Source of the DNA: a virus
Lineage: Duplodnaviria; Caudoviricetes
Virus record (IMG/VR): IMGVR_UViG_3300031993_000008
Location: 32,001 to 96,000 of that record
Length of the DNA stretch: 64,000 nt
Strand: one strand, 5' to 3'
Part shown: positions 1 through 10,255 of the stretch, one piece after another
Layout of the letters: each line of letters begins with the position of its first letter
How positions within the stretch are numbered: position 1 is the first letter of the stretch
Notes under the pieces: generated by a model
What the model saw: only the letters and a program-made list of their open reading frames with translations
Told to the model about the DNA's origin: nothing
Databases searched by the model: none
Position numbers and translations under genes: made by a program

Positions 1-9
1 GATTTAAAG

Positions 10-37
10 AAAAGAGAGGGTTTGACCTCTCTTTTTT
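10..37. terminator. Intrinsic terminator hairpin abutting a late promoter
   Basis: aaaagagagg-gtttga-cctctctttttt inverted repeat with A/T tracts, directly followed by CATAAATA. Confidence 0.75.
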
Positions 38-45
38 CATAAATA
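38..45 (+). promoter_or_regulatory. Putative late promoter CATAAATA
   Basis: Recurrent octamer upstream of structural genes; one base from the T4 gp55 late promoter TATAAATA. Confidence 0.7.
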
Positions 46-70
46 CAGTATAACAAAATATACATAACAA

Positions 71-1600
71 ATGAAAACATTTGACAATTTTGAACTTACA
101 AACAAGCAAAAAGATTTGTTAAAGAAGGCCAATGCAAAGAAAGCCATCAGAAAGTACATCATTGAACATGGTGTTGAACCCAGTGCTGAACTTATTGAGA
201 GTTTCCACACATACACACAGGAACAGTATGACAAATGCAAGAAGTATCTGTATGCCTGTGCAGTTGTTGATTATGTATCAGTTGTTCCTGAAAAACCGGC
301 AGAAACTGAAAACACAGCAAGCCAGGCTCAGACAGCTACCAACATTTATGATGCGATTGACGGTGGTGCCAACACCTATACAGCAGGTGAAAATGAGACT
401 ATCAACAATATGACAGTTCCTGCATCGGCACCAAAGGCAATAACTATCAATGGTTCTGTTCAGGATGGTGCAACTATCACCAATGAAAGTACAAAGGGTT
501 TGACCATCAACAACACCAATGAGGATCCTATTGACATCAATGTTGTAAATACAGGTGCATCAACCACTATGACACTTAAGGGTGGTGAATACAATGATGT
601 TTATGCAGAGACCAATAAGATTACTGTAGAAACTCTTAATGGCACCATTTCACTTGTACCTGTAAATGAGAACAGTGCTATGACAGTTGGTGCAGGATGG
701 CAGGATGGTTCAGCTCTTGTTTCTGATGCTGCCGGCACAATCACCATTTCAAACACTAATTCAGCAAATGAACCTTCTGTAAACATCAATACTCCTAATG
801 CAACAGTTGTAATGACTGGTGGTCAGTATGATGAACTTACAGTTACCTGTTCAGAGAACACCTTAAAGATCTCAGGTGCATTCCATGCAAAGAAACTTAT
901 CATAAAGAAGGGTACAATTGAGTTTGGTGCTGCTGATATTCATGACCTGGTTGATGAACTCATCACAGAGGATGAAGTTACACCTACCACTTATGAAATC
1001 TCCAACTCTTCAATTGCCGGATTCTCAAAGAATGGTGTATCTAATGTAATTGAGGATGTAACAAGTACAAGTAGAGTTGGTTTCGGTATCTTTGCAAACG
1101 GTACTTACAGATACAACTTCAATAACCACACTGTTACATTGAAGGGTGGTACATCTGCTGCTATGTATTTCAGAGGTAGTAATCCTACAATTGACATCTA
1201 TGGTCCTGGTAAGATTATTGAATCAAGTGGTACTTATGGTATCTGGACTGGTTCAGAAACTACAACAGTCAATATCTATGGATGTGATGTTGAAGCATAC
1301 ACACATACATTATATGCTTACAGTGGTACAATCAATGTATATGGTGGTTCATTCAAACTCCTTGATGAGACTCCAGAACTTGATACAAATGGTCACCACA
1401 AGTTCCTTTTGAACTGCTATGATGCAAACTATACAGCAGGCACAGCAAAGATTAATGTCTATGGTGGTAAGTTCTACAACTTCAACCCAGCAGAGGCATA
1501 CAGTGAGCCAGGTGGTCCTGTAAGTTATGTTGCAGAAGGATACCATGTTGTTGAAACTATTGAGGATGGTGTTCCAGTATTTGAAGTAGTTGCTGACTAA
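71..1600 (+). CDS. Putative virion protein, beta-helix-like (T/N/G-rich), N-terminal capsid-targeting-like motif
   Basis: 509-aa ORF, repetitive I/V-x-I-x-GG beta strands, begins MKTFDNF, late promoter upstream. Confidence 0.55.
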   Translation: MKTFDNFELTNKQKDLLKKANAKKAIRKYIIEHGVEPSAELIESFHTYTQEQYDKCKKYLYACAVVDYVSVVPEKPAETENTASQAQTATNIYDAIDGGANTYTAGENETINNMTVPASAPKAITINGSVQDGATITNESTKGLTINNTNEDPIDINVVNTGASTTMTLKGGEYNDVYAETNKITVETLNGTISLVPVNENSAMTVGAGWQDGSALVSDAAGTITISNTNSANEPSVNINTPNATVVMTGGQYDELTVTCSENTLKISGAFHAKKLIIKKGTIEFGAADIHDLVDELITEDEVTPTTYEISNSSIAGFSKNGVSNVIEDVTSTSRVGFGIFANGTYRYNFNNHTVTLKGGTSAAMYFRGSNPTIDIYGPGKIIESSGTYGIWTGSETTTVNIYGCDVEAYTHTLYAYSGTINVYGGSFKLLDETPELDTNGHHKFLLNCYDANYTAGTAKINVYGGKFYNFNPAEAYSEPGGPVSYVAEGYHVVETIEDGVPVFEVVAD

Positions 1601-1620
1601 TTCAAGACACAATAAATGAA

Positions 1621-1650
1621 AAAAGGAGAGTGAAATCACTCTCCTTTTTT
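1621..1650. terminator. Bidirectional terminator between convergent genes
   Basis: aaaaggagagtga-aa-tcactctcctttt perfect inverted repeat. Confidence 0.8.
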
Positions 1651-2092
1651 AATACATACCTTCTTTTGCTTCCAGGGCTCTATTCTGCCCTATGAAATCA
1701 TTGTAATCAAAGTGATGTGCATTGAGCCAGTTAACCTGGTGGATGTTGGGTAGATGTATTCCATTAGTGAACACTATTCCGGGAGCAATCTTCCTGTACT
1801 CATCCTTCTCTTCCTCAGTCATAGATGACATTGGTCTGAGGTATGGTAAAAAGTCATCCACTGTATAGTTATAATCAGATATTACATCATTGTATTTGTC
1901 ATCTATTGGATAAACTGTAATATCATCTCCTTCAATACCAAACAGTTCTACATCCACATCTACATCTGTATATTCAAGACATCCACTATATATATCATAT
2001 TCACCAGTTGATGCCTCTATCACCACCTGTCCCTTTAAACCATATGGATACCTTGCACAAATCTCTTTGTAAAATGAATCCCTTTCTTTCAT
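1649..2092 (-). CDS. Hypothetical phage protein (paralog of 2097..2522)
   Basis: Probable start MKERDSF; shares PYLRxMSxMTxEEK and WLNxHHFD..LEAxEGMY with its neighbour. Confidence 0.7.
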   Translation of the reverse strand: MKERDSFYKEICARYPYGLKGQVVIEASTGEYDIYSGCLEYTDVDVDVELFGIEGDDITVYPIDDKYNDVISDYNYTVDDFLPYLRPMSSMTEEEKDEYRKIAPGIVFTNGIHLPNIHQVNWLNAHHFDYNDFIGQNRALEAKEGMY

Positions 2093-2096
2093 ATAT

Positions 2097-2522
2097 TTAA
2101 ATATTATACATTCCTTCCAGTGCCTCCAAAGCCTGGCCTTTTCCAATTAAACCTCTGAAGTCAAAGTGATGTTTGTTGAGCCATTTTATCCACTCATCCA
2201 TCAACTCTATATCATAATAGATGTTTTCTCTCTCAACAGTTTCCTTGGTACTTGAAACATCTCCATATTTGTCAACCTCAAACTGATACATACTGTTGTT
2301 GAATATAGCACAACATTCATTCTTTTCCTCATCAGTCATAGTTGACATTGACCTGAGGTAAGGTTTAACCATTCCGATGGGATAGTTTATACCTCTGTCT
2401 GTTGACACAGTTCCACTATCCACACCTTTAAGAATACCTGTGTGATATTTTTCTACCTCTACATATGTATTAAATGGTATCCTCCCACAGAGGTCATATT
2501 TCAATAATTCTATATCACTCAT
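2097..2522 (-). CDS. Hypothetical phage protein (paralog of 1649..2092)
   Basis: Probable start MSDIELL; same conserved motifs. Confidence 0.7.
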   Translation of the reverse strand: MSDIELLKYDLCGRIPFNTYVEVEKYHTGILKGVDSGTVSTDRGINYPIGMVKPYLRSMSTMTDEEKNECCAIFNNSMYQFEVDKYGDVSSTKETVERENIYYDIELMDEWIKWLNKHHFDFRGLIGKGQALEALEGMYNI

Positions 2523-2523
2523 C

Positions 2524-3279
2524 TTATGCTTTCCTTTCATAAATCATTCTTGCATAATGCCTGGTATCAACAGGGAAGTCAACATTATCCATCATCCACT
2601 TGAAATAAGACTTGTCAACCTTGTCAATACTTGTACCTTTCCACTTACCGAAATCAACATAAATCTCCTTTGCACCAGATTCAAGGATCCTGTACTTGAA
2701 GTTTCCAGGTAAATCCAACCTGTCATTGAAATAATCAAGATCAGCATCCTCAAATTCCTGATTCATACCTCTCATTATCTTATATACTTCAAGTGTTGCC
2801 GTAATATCTGCATCTGCCTGGTGAGCATCCTCCAAATCCTTACCTGTGAGTCTCTTATATACATCACCAAGTTTATTGGAATTGTATTTTCTCCACAGTG
2901 TGAAGATGTCATAATTCTTCAGATTCCTGTACTCCCAAGTCAATCCTGCCCTTATGAAAGAATAATACAGGATGGGAATATCAAAGACTGAACAATAATA
3001 TCCACCAACATCACATCCCTGGAAGAAATCAAATGTTTCCTTTGCACATTCCTGGAATGTGGGATAACCAACCAAATCAGCCTCTACAATTCCATGTCTC
3101 TCTGTTGCATCTGGGTCAATCGGAACATTTCCATTATTACACTTAAAATACAACCTATCTATCACCTCCAGGGTTTCTGGATTTACCTTATGTGCTGATA
3201 TTTCAATAATTCTCACATTATCCGGATTTTGGTGTTTACCGGTTGTTTCCAGATCAAAAAATACAATTGGTTTACTCAT
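2524..3279 (-). CDS. DEDDh 3'-5' exonuclease (DnaQ/ExoX-like)
   Basis: FFDLETTG, FD, AHQADAD motifs; C-terminal FGKWKG ExoX-like domain. Confidence 0.85.
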   Translation of the reverse strand: MSKPIVFFDLETTGKHQNPDNVRIIEISAHKVNPETLEVIDRLYFKCNNGNVPIDPDATERHGIVEADLVGYPTFQECAKETFDFFQGCDVGGYYCSVFDIPILYYSFIRAGLTWEYRNLKNYDIFTLWRKYNSNKLGDVYKRLTGKDLEDAHQADADITATLEVYKIMRGMNQEFEDADLDYFNDRLDLPGNFKYRILESGAKEIYVDFGKWKGTSIDKVDKSYFKWMMDNVDFPVDTRHYARMIYERKA

Positions 3280-3285
3280 ATATAA

Positions 3286-3855
3286 CTAATCTAAATATTC
3301 AATGTTTATACGTACTATTCCCCTCCTATATTCTATATCATCTCTCATCATCTTTGACCTCATTTTTTCAAAATCAGTCATATCAACATATGGTGTACCA
3401 CAATTAAAAGTAGATGGGAACAAATCATACTTCTCTTCAAATGCCTTGACTAAATCATGGGATGCATAATCATATGCAAACCCTATCAGTTTCAAATCAT
3501 CTTTCAATTCTTTTACCACCTGTGGATCCATATCTTTCAGATATACATAATCTTTATATACACCATCATATATACCTTCAAACCGTCTGGCTGCCAGATT
3601 ATCCCCATATGGTGAATTCTTTTGAGGATTGAATACAAACAAGTGTTTCTTATCAAGTCTATACATACATTCATGTGTCCTGATATACTCTTCCTTTCCA
3701 CCAAATCTTTCATATACATCCCCATCAGGAATATCAAGCATAAATTTCTGGGCAGATTTCTTGTTTGAAAATCCAAACTCTGTCTTACCCATATATTTTC
3801 CCTTGTAGAAAGGAAATATCCTCTCTTCATTATTCTTTATCTGTTCATAGTTCAT
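3286..3855 (-). CDS. Hypothetical protein
   Basis: 189-aa ORF in the operon, preceded by a TTGTTATGTTTA motif variant at 3881-3892; ends in TAG. Confidence 0.65.
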   Translation of the reverse strand: MNYEQIKNNEERIFPFYKGKYMGKTEFGFSNKKSAQKFMLDIPDGDVYERFGGKEEYIRTHECMYRLDKKHLFVFNPQKNSPYGDNLAARRFEGIYDGVYKDYVYLKDMDPQVVKELKDDLKLIGFAYDYASHDLVKAFEEKYDLFPSTFNCGTPYVDMTDFEKMRSKMMRDDIEYRRGIVRINIEYLD

Positions 3856-3895
3856 ATCTATACAACATTAGTTATCAACATAAACATAACAAAAA

Positions 3896-3921
3896 AGAGA
3901 GAATCCCGAAAGATTCTCTCT
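3896..3921 (-). terminator. Terminator downstream of major capsid gene
   Basis: agagagaatc-ccgaaa-gattctctct hairpin with T-tract on the minus strand. Confidence 0.75.
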
Positions 3922-3947
3922 AATTTTATTTACTATCTACTTTAAGA

Positions 3948-5690
3948 TTAATAAAGGCTTACACCCTCACCAAGCTTAATATCGAATGAGTAGTAGTAAA
4001 GCTGTGGGTGATGACCTGCACGTACGATAGCGTAACGTGACTTCAATGAAGTAACAGGAGCACCTTCCATACCCTCTGCAGGATATGAGAGCTTGTCAGC
4101 CATCAAATAAGGCATGAATACAAGACCAGGCTCGTTGTCCTTACCCTTACGACCAACAACAATCTTTGTTGATGCGAATGGGAGGTTAGGATCTACATAG
4201 ATAGATACACCTGAAATTGCACCTACTGGGTAGATTGAACCAGCATTCTGGTTGATTGTATTTGAAAGAGGATAAGCTGTGAAACCAGCGCAATCCTGGA
4301 GAGCAGTTGCAATAGCAGCAGCGCATACTGCAAATGTACCAGCACCTCTACGACCTCTCTGAGCGATAAGGTTAGAAGCGGCAAGAACCTTACTCATAAT
4401 TCTCCTCTGGATTGTACCAAGGGTTTCAGCACCACCACCAACGTATGATGAAACATAACCTTCTGGTGCAGCCTCACCTGGATTTACAGTGAAGTAAGTA
4501 TTAAGGTTGATACCTTCAAATGCCTCAGCTTCAACATGGTTCTGATCACCAAGTGCAAAAATCTCATTGAGAAGTTCACGGTTGATGTGCTGTGTCAACT
4601 CATTTACAAGCTCTGCTTCTACCTGAGCAACAGCGTCGATACCATAAGCCTTGAGGTCCTGAATCTGCTCACGAGTGATAGCACCCTTAACCTGGATGGT
4701 CTTAGCCTTTACACTCAATGTAAAGGTGTTGAGTGACATCATGTTTGAAGGAGTAGATTCACCAGTCTCTCTGTCATATGACTTTGCTGACATAGGATCG
4801 CCATTCTTGAAACCATTACCTGAGAAACCAGGGATGAAGTCTTCAAGAGCCTTAACTGTGTCAATGTCAACTACATAGAACTTTGAACCATCCTTACCAG
4901 TGATAACAGGCTCGTCAACGAGAAGAGTTTCTGCAAGTGAAGCAGCAGCACCCTCACCACCGTTAACCTTACCAAGACCAGCATAGTAAGCTTTCTCCTT
5001 AACCTGGAAGATAGGACGACCGTCGATACGACCAAGGGCTACGAAGATAAGGTCATAGTCACCTACTGAAATAGGATCCATATGAGGAACAAATGCCTTC
5101 TGGAGATCCTTGAACTTAAGAGCATGGTTGATTGCATCTTCATTAACCAAAGCAGCATCTGACTTAAGAGCATTCTCGATATCACTATCTGAGTTTGCAT
5201 CACCTGCTGAAAGGGTCAACTTAACCATAAGAGGAGCAGTCTTTGACTCATCTGCACCCTCGAAACGAGGACGGAAATTGGTCTTACCACCTTCATATAC
5301 ATAGTCCATATACTGAAGGATACCAAGAGGACCCTGCATAGGAACTACAGGTACAAGGTCAAGAGCAATTGTCTGAGCTGCAACCTGAACTGCAAGAGGA
5401 AGAAGTGAGAATGGGTTATCACCTGAACCACGAACACCGTCATAACCGTTGTTAGGATTTGCACCTGGGAAGTAAGCAGCACCCATACCACCAACATTCA
5501 TATTTGGGTTGAGATGTGCATAACCGAGAGCACTCTCATTAAGACTCTGCTTCTCATTCATATCATGATAAGCACAGTACTTTGACATCCAAGTCAATTT
5601 AGCACGATCGGTAACGCCAGTTGACTCAGTAATAAAACCTGACCAAGTTTTCAAAACTTCAGCCTCGTTCAAAATAACATTCTGTAACAT
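3948..5690 (-). CDS. Major capsid protein (T4 gp23-like)
   Basis: IALDLVPVVPMQGP, TREQIQDLKAYGIDA, SNLIAQRGRRGAG, GLVFMPY, KSRYA motifs typical of gp23; next to protease and portal. Confidence 0.92.
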   Translation of the reverse strand: MLQNVILNEAEVLKTWSGFITESTGVTDRAKLTWMSKYCAYHDMNEKQSLNESALGYAHLNPNMNVGGMGAAYFPGANPNNGYDGVRGSGDNPFSLLPLAVQVAAQTIALDLVPVVPMQGPLGILQYMDYVYEGGKTNFRPRFEGADESKTAPLMVKLTLSAGDANSDSDIENALKSDAALVNEDAINHALKFKDLQKAFVPHMDPISVGDYDLIFVALGRIDGRPIFQVKEKAYYAGLGKVNGGEGAAASLAETLLVDEPVITGKDGSKFYVVDIDTVKALEDFIPGFSGNGFKNGDPMSAKSYDRETGESTPSNMMSLNTFTLSVKAKTIQVKGAITREQIQDLKAYGIDAVAQVEAELVNELTQHINRELLNEIFALGDQNHVEAEAFEGINLNTYFTVNPGEAAPEGYVSSYVGGGAETLGTIQRRIMSKVLAASNLIAQRGRRGAGTFAVCAAAIATALQDCAGFTAYPLSNTINQNAGSIYPVGAISGVSIYVDPNLPFASTKIVVGRKGKDNEPGLVFMPYLMADKLSYPAEGMEGAPVTSLKSRYAIVRAGHHPQLYYYSFDIKLGEGVSLY

Positions 5691-5800
5691 AATTTAGTTT
5701 TGATTTTTTTGTATGTTTATTTATTGAATCAACCTAAAAATAGATCTTTGCTTCTATTATCATTTTTAGATTTTTCCATATTGCTGTGTTTAACTATATA

Positions 5801-5808
5801 TATTTATG
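5801..5808 (-). promoter_or_regulatory. Putative late promoter CATAAATA (capsid)
   Basis: tatttatg on + strand about 110 nt upstream of capsid ATG. Confidence 0.65.
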
Positions 5809-5839
5809 TAAATTACTTTTTCAAAATTTCTTCAACTAA

Positions 5840-6310
5840 TTAAATGTAATCGGGATCAGGATTTTCTATTGGATTTATTGCATCTGCCGGGAAATCCATC
5901 TCACCGAATTTTCTTGGTGGACGCCTGTAAGGACAACCATTAACTTCACATCTGTACCAGTTAAGTTCAGCGATCACCATATCTTTCTTATTACATTCTG
6001 ATCTGCTGTCACTGTATCTGTCCCATGCTGCATCCTTTGATTTATAGACCTCATCAAGTTTATCTGAAAGTTTCTCTATATCTGCCTCAAGTTTCTCCTT
6101 TTCGGCAACACAATTGTGATATAGTTTTATCCATTCTTCATTGGATGAGGATAAGTTTGATATTTCTTTTGTTTTTACATCAACTTCTGCTGCTTTTACT
6201 TCAGCTGCTTTTAATCTCTTGTTGAGTCTGAAATAGAAAATACTTACCAAACCTCCTCCAGTGATAAACGTAATAAGATAGCCCAACAAGTTTGAAAGTA
6301 TTTCGGACAT
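5840..6310 (-). CDS. Membrane-anchored coiled-coil protein (holin/lysis-accessory-like)
   Basis: N-terminal hydrophobic helix LLGYLITFITGGGLVSIFYF, coiled coil, C-terminal CxxxxCxxRxPP. Confidence 0.5.
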   Translation of the reverse strand: MSEILSNLLGYLITFITGGGLVSIFYFRLNKRLKAAEVKAAEVDVKTKEISNLSSSNEEWIKLYHNCVAEKEKLEADIEKLSDKLDEVYKSKDAAWDRYSDSRSECNKKDMVIAELNWYRCEVNGCPYRRPPRKFGEMDFPADAINPIENPDPDYI

Positions 6311-6340
6311 TGTTTTCTATTGGTTTTGTTTGTATAAAAT

Positions 6341-6369
6341 CACACTGGATGAGTGTTTCATCCAGTGTG
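6341..6369 (-). terminator. Hairpin/terminator after prohead protease gene
   Basis: cacactggatga-gtgtt-tcatccagtgtg perfect 12-bp stem. Confidence 0.65.
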
Positions 6370-6379
6370 TTGATTGTTT

Positions 6380-8389
6380 TTAATATCTTCTCATCCTTCT
6401 CTGGATTACTTCAGACATTGCCTTGAGTCTTTCTTCAGAAACTACGTTTTCATTAACAGGTGTAGGTTGTGCTACTACTGCCTCATCAACTTTCTGAAGT
6501 TCAATCTGCTTGTCTCTGAAATCTCTGGTATTCCAGAAATAAACTGCACTTGCTTCATTGTTGATTACAAACATCTTTGACTCTGCAAGAATCTCCTGTT
6601 TTCTCTCATCTGAAAGTTTTGACCATCTCTCATTGAGTCTTTCAGGAAGATAGTTGATAAGTGTGAAGTTTGCTGCTTCAACATTCTTCTTTGACTCTTC
6701 AAGTGCCTTTGCCTCTGCAGCCTTTTCCTCTGCATATGCAGCCCTTGCTGTTGCAAGGATAGCATCAAGTTTCTCTGAAAGTTCTGTCTGATACTTCTTT
6801 GCATCAAACTTCTCTTCCTCAACTGTAGCAACTGGTTCAGCGGGAGTCTCTTCTGTTGTGTTGTTCTCATTGACTGGAGTTTCAACAGTTGCAGGTTCCT
6901 CAGCAGGAGTCTCTTCAGTTGTTGTATTATTCTCATTAACAGGAGTCTCAACTGTAGCAGGTTCTGTTGCTGGTTCAGCAGGAGTCTCGACAGGAGTCTC
7001 ATCCTTCTTTTCCTCAACAAGATTCAAACCACCCTTATTGAGTTCCTCAACAATGTAATCCTGATGTTCGATAATCTGGTTCATCTTCTCTGCAAGATAA
7101 TCATTATGGGCAATTGACTTATTCTGTTCCTCAGCAAGCATATTTGAATAATCAATAGACTTGTCAAGCATTTCAGCAACATAGTTCTGATATGAGATTG
7201 TGTCATTGATATTCTCTGCAAGATAATCCTGATGAGCAACCATCTGGTTCATCTTCTCTGCAAGATAATCATTGTAACCAACAATCTTGTTCATGCTCTC
7301 TGCAAGGTAGTTGTTATGTTCAATAACCTTGTTTGTCTCATCAGCGATATAATCCTGATGAATGATAGACTTATCAAGAGTCTCTGCAAGATATTTGGTA
7401 TAACTCTTAAGGTTGTTGAATGATTCTTCAGTTGCGGCAACCTTTGCCTCAAGTTCAGCCACTTTCTGATTACCTCCAACCTGTGCAGCACCATCACCAG
7501 TAATTCTGGCAACTTCCTTGGCAACAAGGTCAGCAATCTGTGAGTTATCAATTTTTGCAGGATCAAAAGTCTGGGTTGGAGTCTCACCACCCTTCTCCTT
7601 ATAACTGATCAACTCATCCTTGATATTTGAAATGGCAGACTGAAGTTCACCTACAATCTCTGACAGGTGTTCACTGTATTTCTGGAAATCAGAATACTGT
7701 ATGAATTTGTTGTCTTCCATATTTGTGTCTTTTAATGTATCCTCATTCCTTTGAGCCTGTGGTGCTGCTTGGTCAACAGTCTTGGTTACCTGGGGATCAA
7801 GGTTGGTGTTTGCATCTTCAGAGATGTCATAGATGTCAATTGAGTCATCATCACCAAATCCATAAGACTCATTAACCCTCTTGAGTTGGGCATTGGCAAA
7901 GCCAGGATCTGCAACAAGGTCATAAGTAAAAAGTTGCTGAAGCTTTACATGTCCAGATTCATCAACTGTTCCGGCAGCCCTTGATGAGATATTCAAAGGA
8001 ATACCATCCTTTACAAGTGCCTGTGCTTCCTTACCAGCAGTGGTGTTAAGGAGTCTAATCTTACCCACAATTGCATTTTGCTGTGGGTCAAATTCAAGAC
8101 TTTCAACAACATGAGAAACATTTCCAAGTGAAATCTCAAATCCATGTGGATGATCCAACTCACCAAGAAGTCTCTTACTTTCAATCTGTTCCCTCAATGC
8201 TTCTACATGTGGAAGGAAGTCAGCAGACTCATAGATTCTGCCGTTACGGTTTTTGGTATTGAAAGATGTGAAAAGTCCAGTTAATACAATAGAATCGCTG
8301 TGTTCATTATTTTCATTCAGTACCTGCTCAACTGAATAATTGAGTGTGGCATTAGAGCGTTCTACTATCAATAGTTTCTTCTCTTTCAT
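6380..8389 (-). CDS. Prohead protease (gp21-like) fused to scaffold/core domain
   Basis: NRNGRIY, LGELDHP, NVSH, ISSRAAG, YDLVADPGF motifs in first ~170 aa; long repetitive coiled-coil C-terminus. Confidence 0.88.
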   Translation of the reverse strand: MKEKKLLIVERSNATLNYSVEQVLNENNEHSDSIVLTGLFTSFNTKNRNGRIYESADFLPHVEALREQIESKRLLGELDHPHGFEISLGNVSHVVESLEFDPQQNAIVGKIRLLNTTAGKEAQALVKDGIPLNISSRAAGTVDESGHVKLQQLFTYDLVADPGFANAQLKRVNESYGFGDDDSIDIYDISEDANTNLDPQVTKTVDQAAPQAQRNEDTLKDTNMEDNKFIQYSDFQKYSEHLSEIVGELQSAISNIKDELISYKEKGGETPTQTFDPAKIDNSQIADLVAKEVARITGDGAAQVGGNQKVAELEAKVAATEESFNNLKSYTKYLAETLDKSIIHQDYIADETNKVIEHNNYLAESMNKIVGYNDYLAEKMNQMVAHQDYLAENINDTISYQNYVAEMLDKSIDYSNMLAEEQNKSIAHNDYLAEKMNQIIEHQDYIVEELNKGGLNLVEEKKDETPVETPAEPATEPATVETPVNENNTTTEETPAEEPATVETPVNENNTTEETPAEPVATVEEEKFDAKKYQTELSEKLDAILATARAAYAEEKAAEAKALEESKKNVEAANFTLINYLPERLNERWSKLSDERKQEILAESKMFVINNEASAVYFWNTRDFRDKQIELQKVDEAVVAQPTPVNENVVSEERLKAMSEVIQRRMRRY
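6821..6999 (-). repeat. Tandem PATVETPVNENNTT(T)EETPAE peptide repeats
   Basis: Two near-identical copies plus partials in the protease-scaffold linker, each containing VNE. Confidence 0.8.
7037..7393 (-). repeat. 14-residue periodic repeat (YLAExxNxxIxxQD, about 8 copies)
   Basis: Visible directly in the translation. Confidence 0.8.
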
Positions 8390-8422
8390 TTTAAATGAAT
8401 TTTCTTGTATAGTTTTATATGT

Positions 8423-8430
8423 TATTTATG
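8423..8430 (-). promoter_or_regulatory. Putative late promoter CATAAATA (protease)
   Basis: Exact octamer upstream of ATG 8389. Confidence 0.65.
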
Positions 8431-8451
8431 AAAAATAAAATTTACTATTTT

Positions 8452-10173
8452 TTAAAGACCTGACAATGGATTACCTCCACCACCATTTTCATTATTTTCT
8501 TCAGCTTCTTCGTTTTCTTTTGCCTTTTTCTTATCCGGTTCAAAATCAGATTTTGGGGCACCGTCAAGAATTTTTGCTATATCTTCCTGCTTATATCCCT
8601 CCTTCTTGAGTTTCTTCTCATCCTTGTATCTCTGGTTGAGTTGGAGTTTCTCATCACTCAATCCAAGGAACTCACGGACCATAAAGTCAAGGTCAAAATA
8701 AGGCTTGTCATTACCCTCATCATCAGTTTCTACAATAGAACCCATAATAGATGAGATGAAGTCTGCCTTCTTCTGGAGAAGTTCAATCTCCTTGTTTTCC
8801 TCAAATACTGAATCCTTATTATAATCAAGACCAAGATTGACACGGAAGTTCATATCTGTCATAATGTTCTTGTGTTTCAAGCACATCTGGAGATATGTAG
8901 GTTTGATGAGGATTTCAGCAAAGATTGCTCTCAATCTTCCGATAAACTTACTGAACCTGATTTCCTCACGGGCAATACCTTCAGCACTCATTGTATACTG
9001 ACCTTCACCCTGTTCCTTCTCAAACCTGGTAAAAGGAATCTTTGATGCCTGACGGAGTTTATCCCTGAAGTATCTCAAGGTCTCTGTATCTGAAATTTCA
9101 GGACCGTCACCACCGAGGTTCTGGATTTGTGGAGTCTCACCACCTTCAGATGCCATAAAGATGTCCTTATAGAACTGAAGCATTGGCCTACCATTAGTCT
9201 TAATCTCACCTGAATCCCAATCGAAGTCCACAAGTTCCTTATAGTTTGCCATTGCCTGGGCCAGAGTCTGCCTACCTCTTGGTGACTGCACTGAACCGAC
9301 AGGAATGATATACTGTGTCTTATATGAAGCATTGGTGACAGCCCATATGATACGGGTTGCCTCCATTGTCCTCAGGATATTAAATGACCTGATAAGTCTT
9401 TCAACATAAGAAATTCTGGAAACTGTATCTGCCTTTGCATAAGAAAGGTAGATAATCTGGGAATCATAAAGAATCCTGTCCTGTGTGGTCTGACCGTTTA
9501 TACCAACCCTCTGGTTGACAAACCAGATTTTTTCATTGGTGGCTGGGTCAATACCTGGGGTAAGACAGGCAGGATCCAATTCAACAAAACCAATAATCTC
9601 TGTTTGGTCTGTGTTGTAAACAATTTCAAAAGCAAGGAAACCGTCAATCAACCATTTTCTGAAATAGTCAGTTGCCTGGACGGTATCATAGAATCCAAAA
9701 TAGTTATATAACTTATTGTATTCCTCTGAAAATTCATCAAGGATTGCCTGGTCTGCCTTGTAGTTGAGTTTGATGTTTGCGAATTTGTTCGCACCATCAA
9801 ACACAATACTCTCCTCACATATAATGTCAAGGATTTCCTCAACCTCATCCTGGAGAGCAAACCTTCTCAACTGTTCCTTTTTCTTCTGGTAATTCTCTTC
9901 TGAAAGATGAAAATATCCTTTTGACAAAGATGGATCTGTTGCAGACATCCTTGCAAAAAGGACTTGAATGTTTTCATCATTAAGAGAACCAACCTGTCCG
10001 GTTGTAGGATTGACCTGCAGGTTCTGTGTCTGCAATTCCATATCCATAGAACGGACATTCTTGATAACATCATCCTTGTAGTTCATTCCGAAACTGGACA
10101 AACTACGAAGCATCCTTGTTACAGGATTAGGGTTACTTGATGAATTTCTATTTGTATTAGTAAAACCAGCCAT
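8452..10173 (-). CDS. Portal protein (T4 gp20-like)
   Basis: EVEEILDIICEE, FRKWLIDG, ISYVERLIRSFNILRTME, YFRDKLRQASKIPFTR, IAREEIRFSKFI. Confidence 0.92.
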   Translation of the reverse strand: MAGFTNTNRNSSSNPNPVTRMLRSLSSFGMNYKDDVIKNVRSMDMELQTQNLQVNPTTGQVGSLNDENIQVLFARMSATDPSLSKGYFHLSEENYQKKKEQLRRFALQDEVEEILDIICEESIVFDGANKFANIKLNYKADQAILDEFSEEYNKLYNYFGFYDTVQATDYFRKWLIDGFLAFEIVYNTDQTEIIGFVELDPACLTPGIDPATNEKIWFVNQRVGINGQTTQDRILYDSQIIYLSYAKADTVSRISYVERLIRSFNILRTMEATRIIWAVTNASYKTQYIIPVGSVQSPRGRQTLAQAMANYKELVDFDWDSGEIKTNGRPMLQFYKDIFMASEGGETPQIQNLGGDGPEISDTETLRYFRDKLRQASKIPFTRFEKEQGEGQYTMSAEGIAREEIRFSKFIGRLRAIFAEILIKPTYLQMCLKHKNIMTDMNFRVNLGLDYNKDSVFEENKEIELLQKKADFISSIMGSIVETDDEGNDKPYFDLDFMVREFLGLSDEKLQLNQRYKDEKKLKKEGYKQEDIAKILDGAPKSDFEPDKKKAKENEEAEENNENGGGGNPLSGL

Positions 10174-10213
10174 AAAAGTCTGTATTTAAATAATTAAACA
10201 ATTCTATACTATA

Positions 10214-10221
10214 TATTTATG
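10214..10221 (-). promoter_or_regulatory. Putative late promoter CATAAATA (portal)
   Basis: Exact octamer, preceded on the minus strand by hairpin 10231-10257. Confidence 0.65.
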
Positions 10222-10255
10222 TGAAAAAGAAAATGAGAGGTTTTAAACCCCTCAT

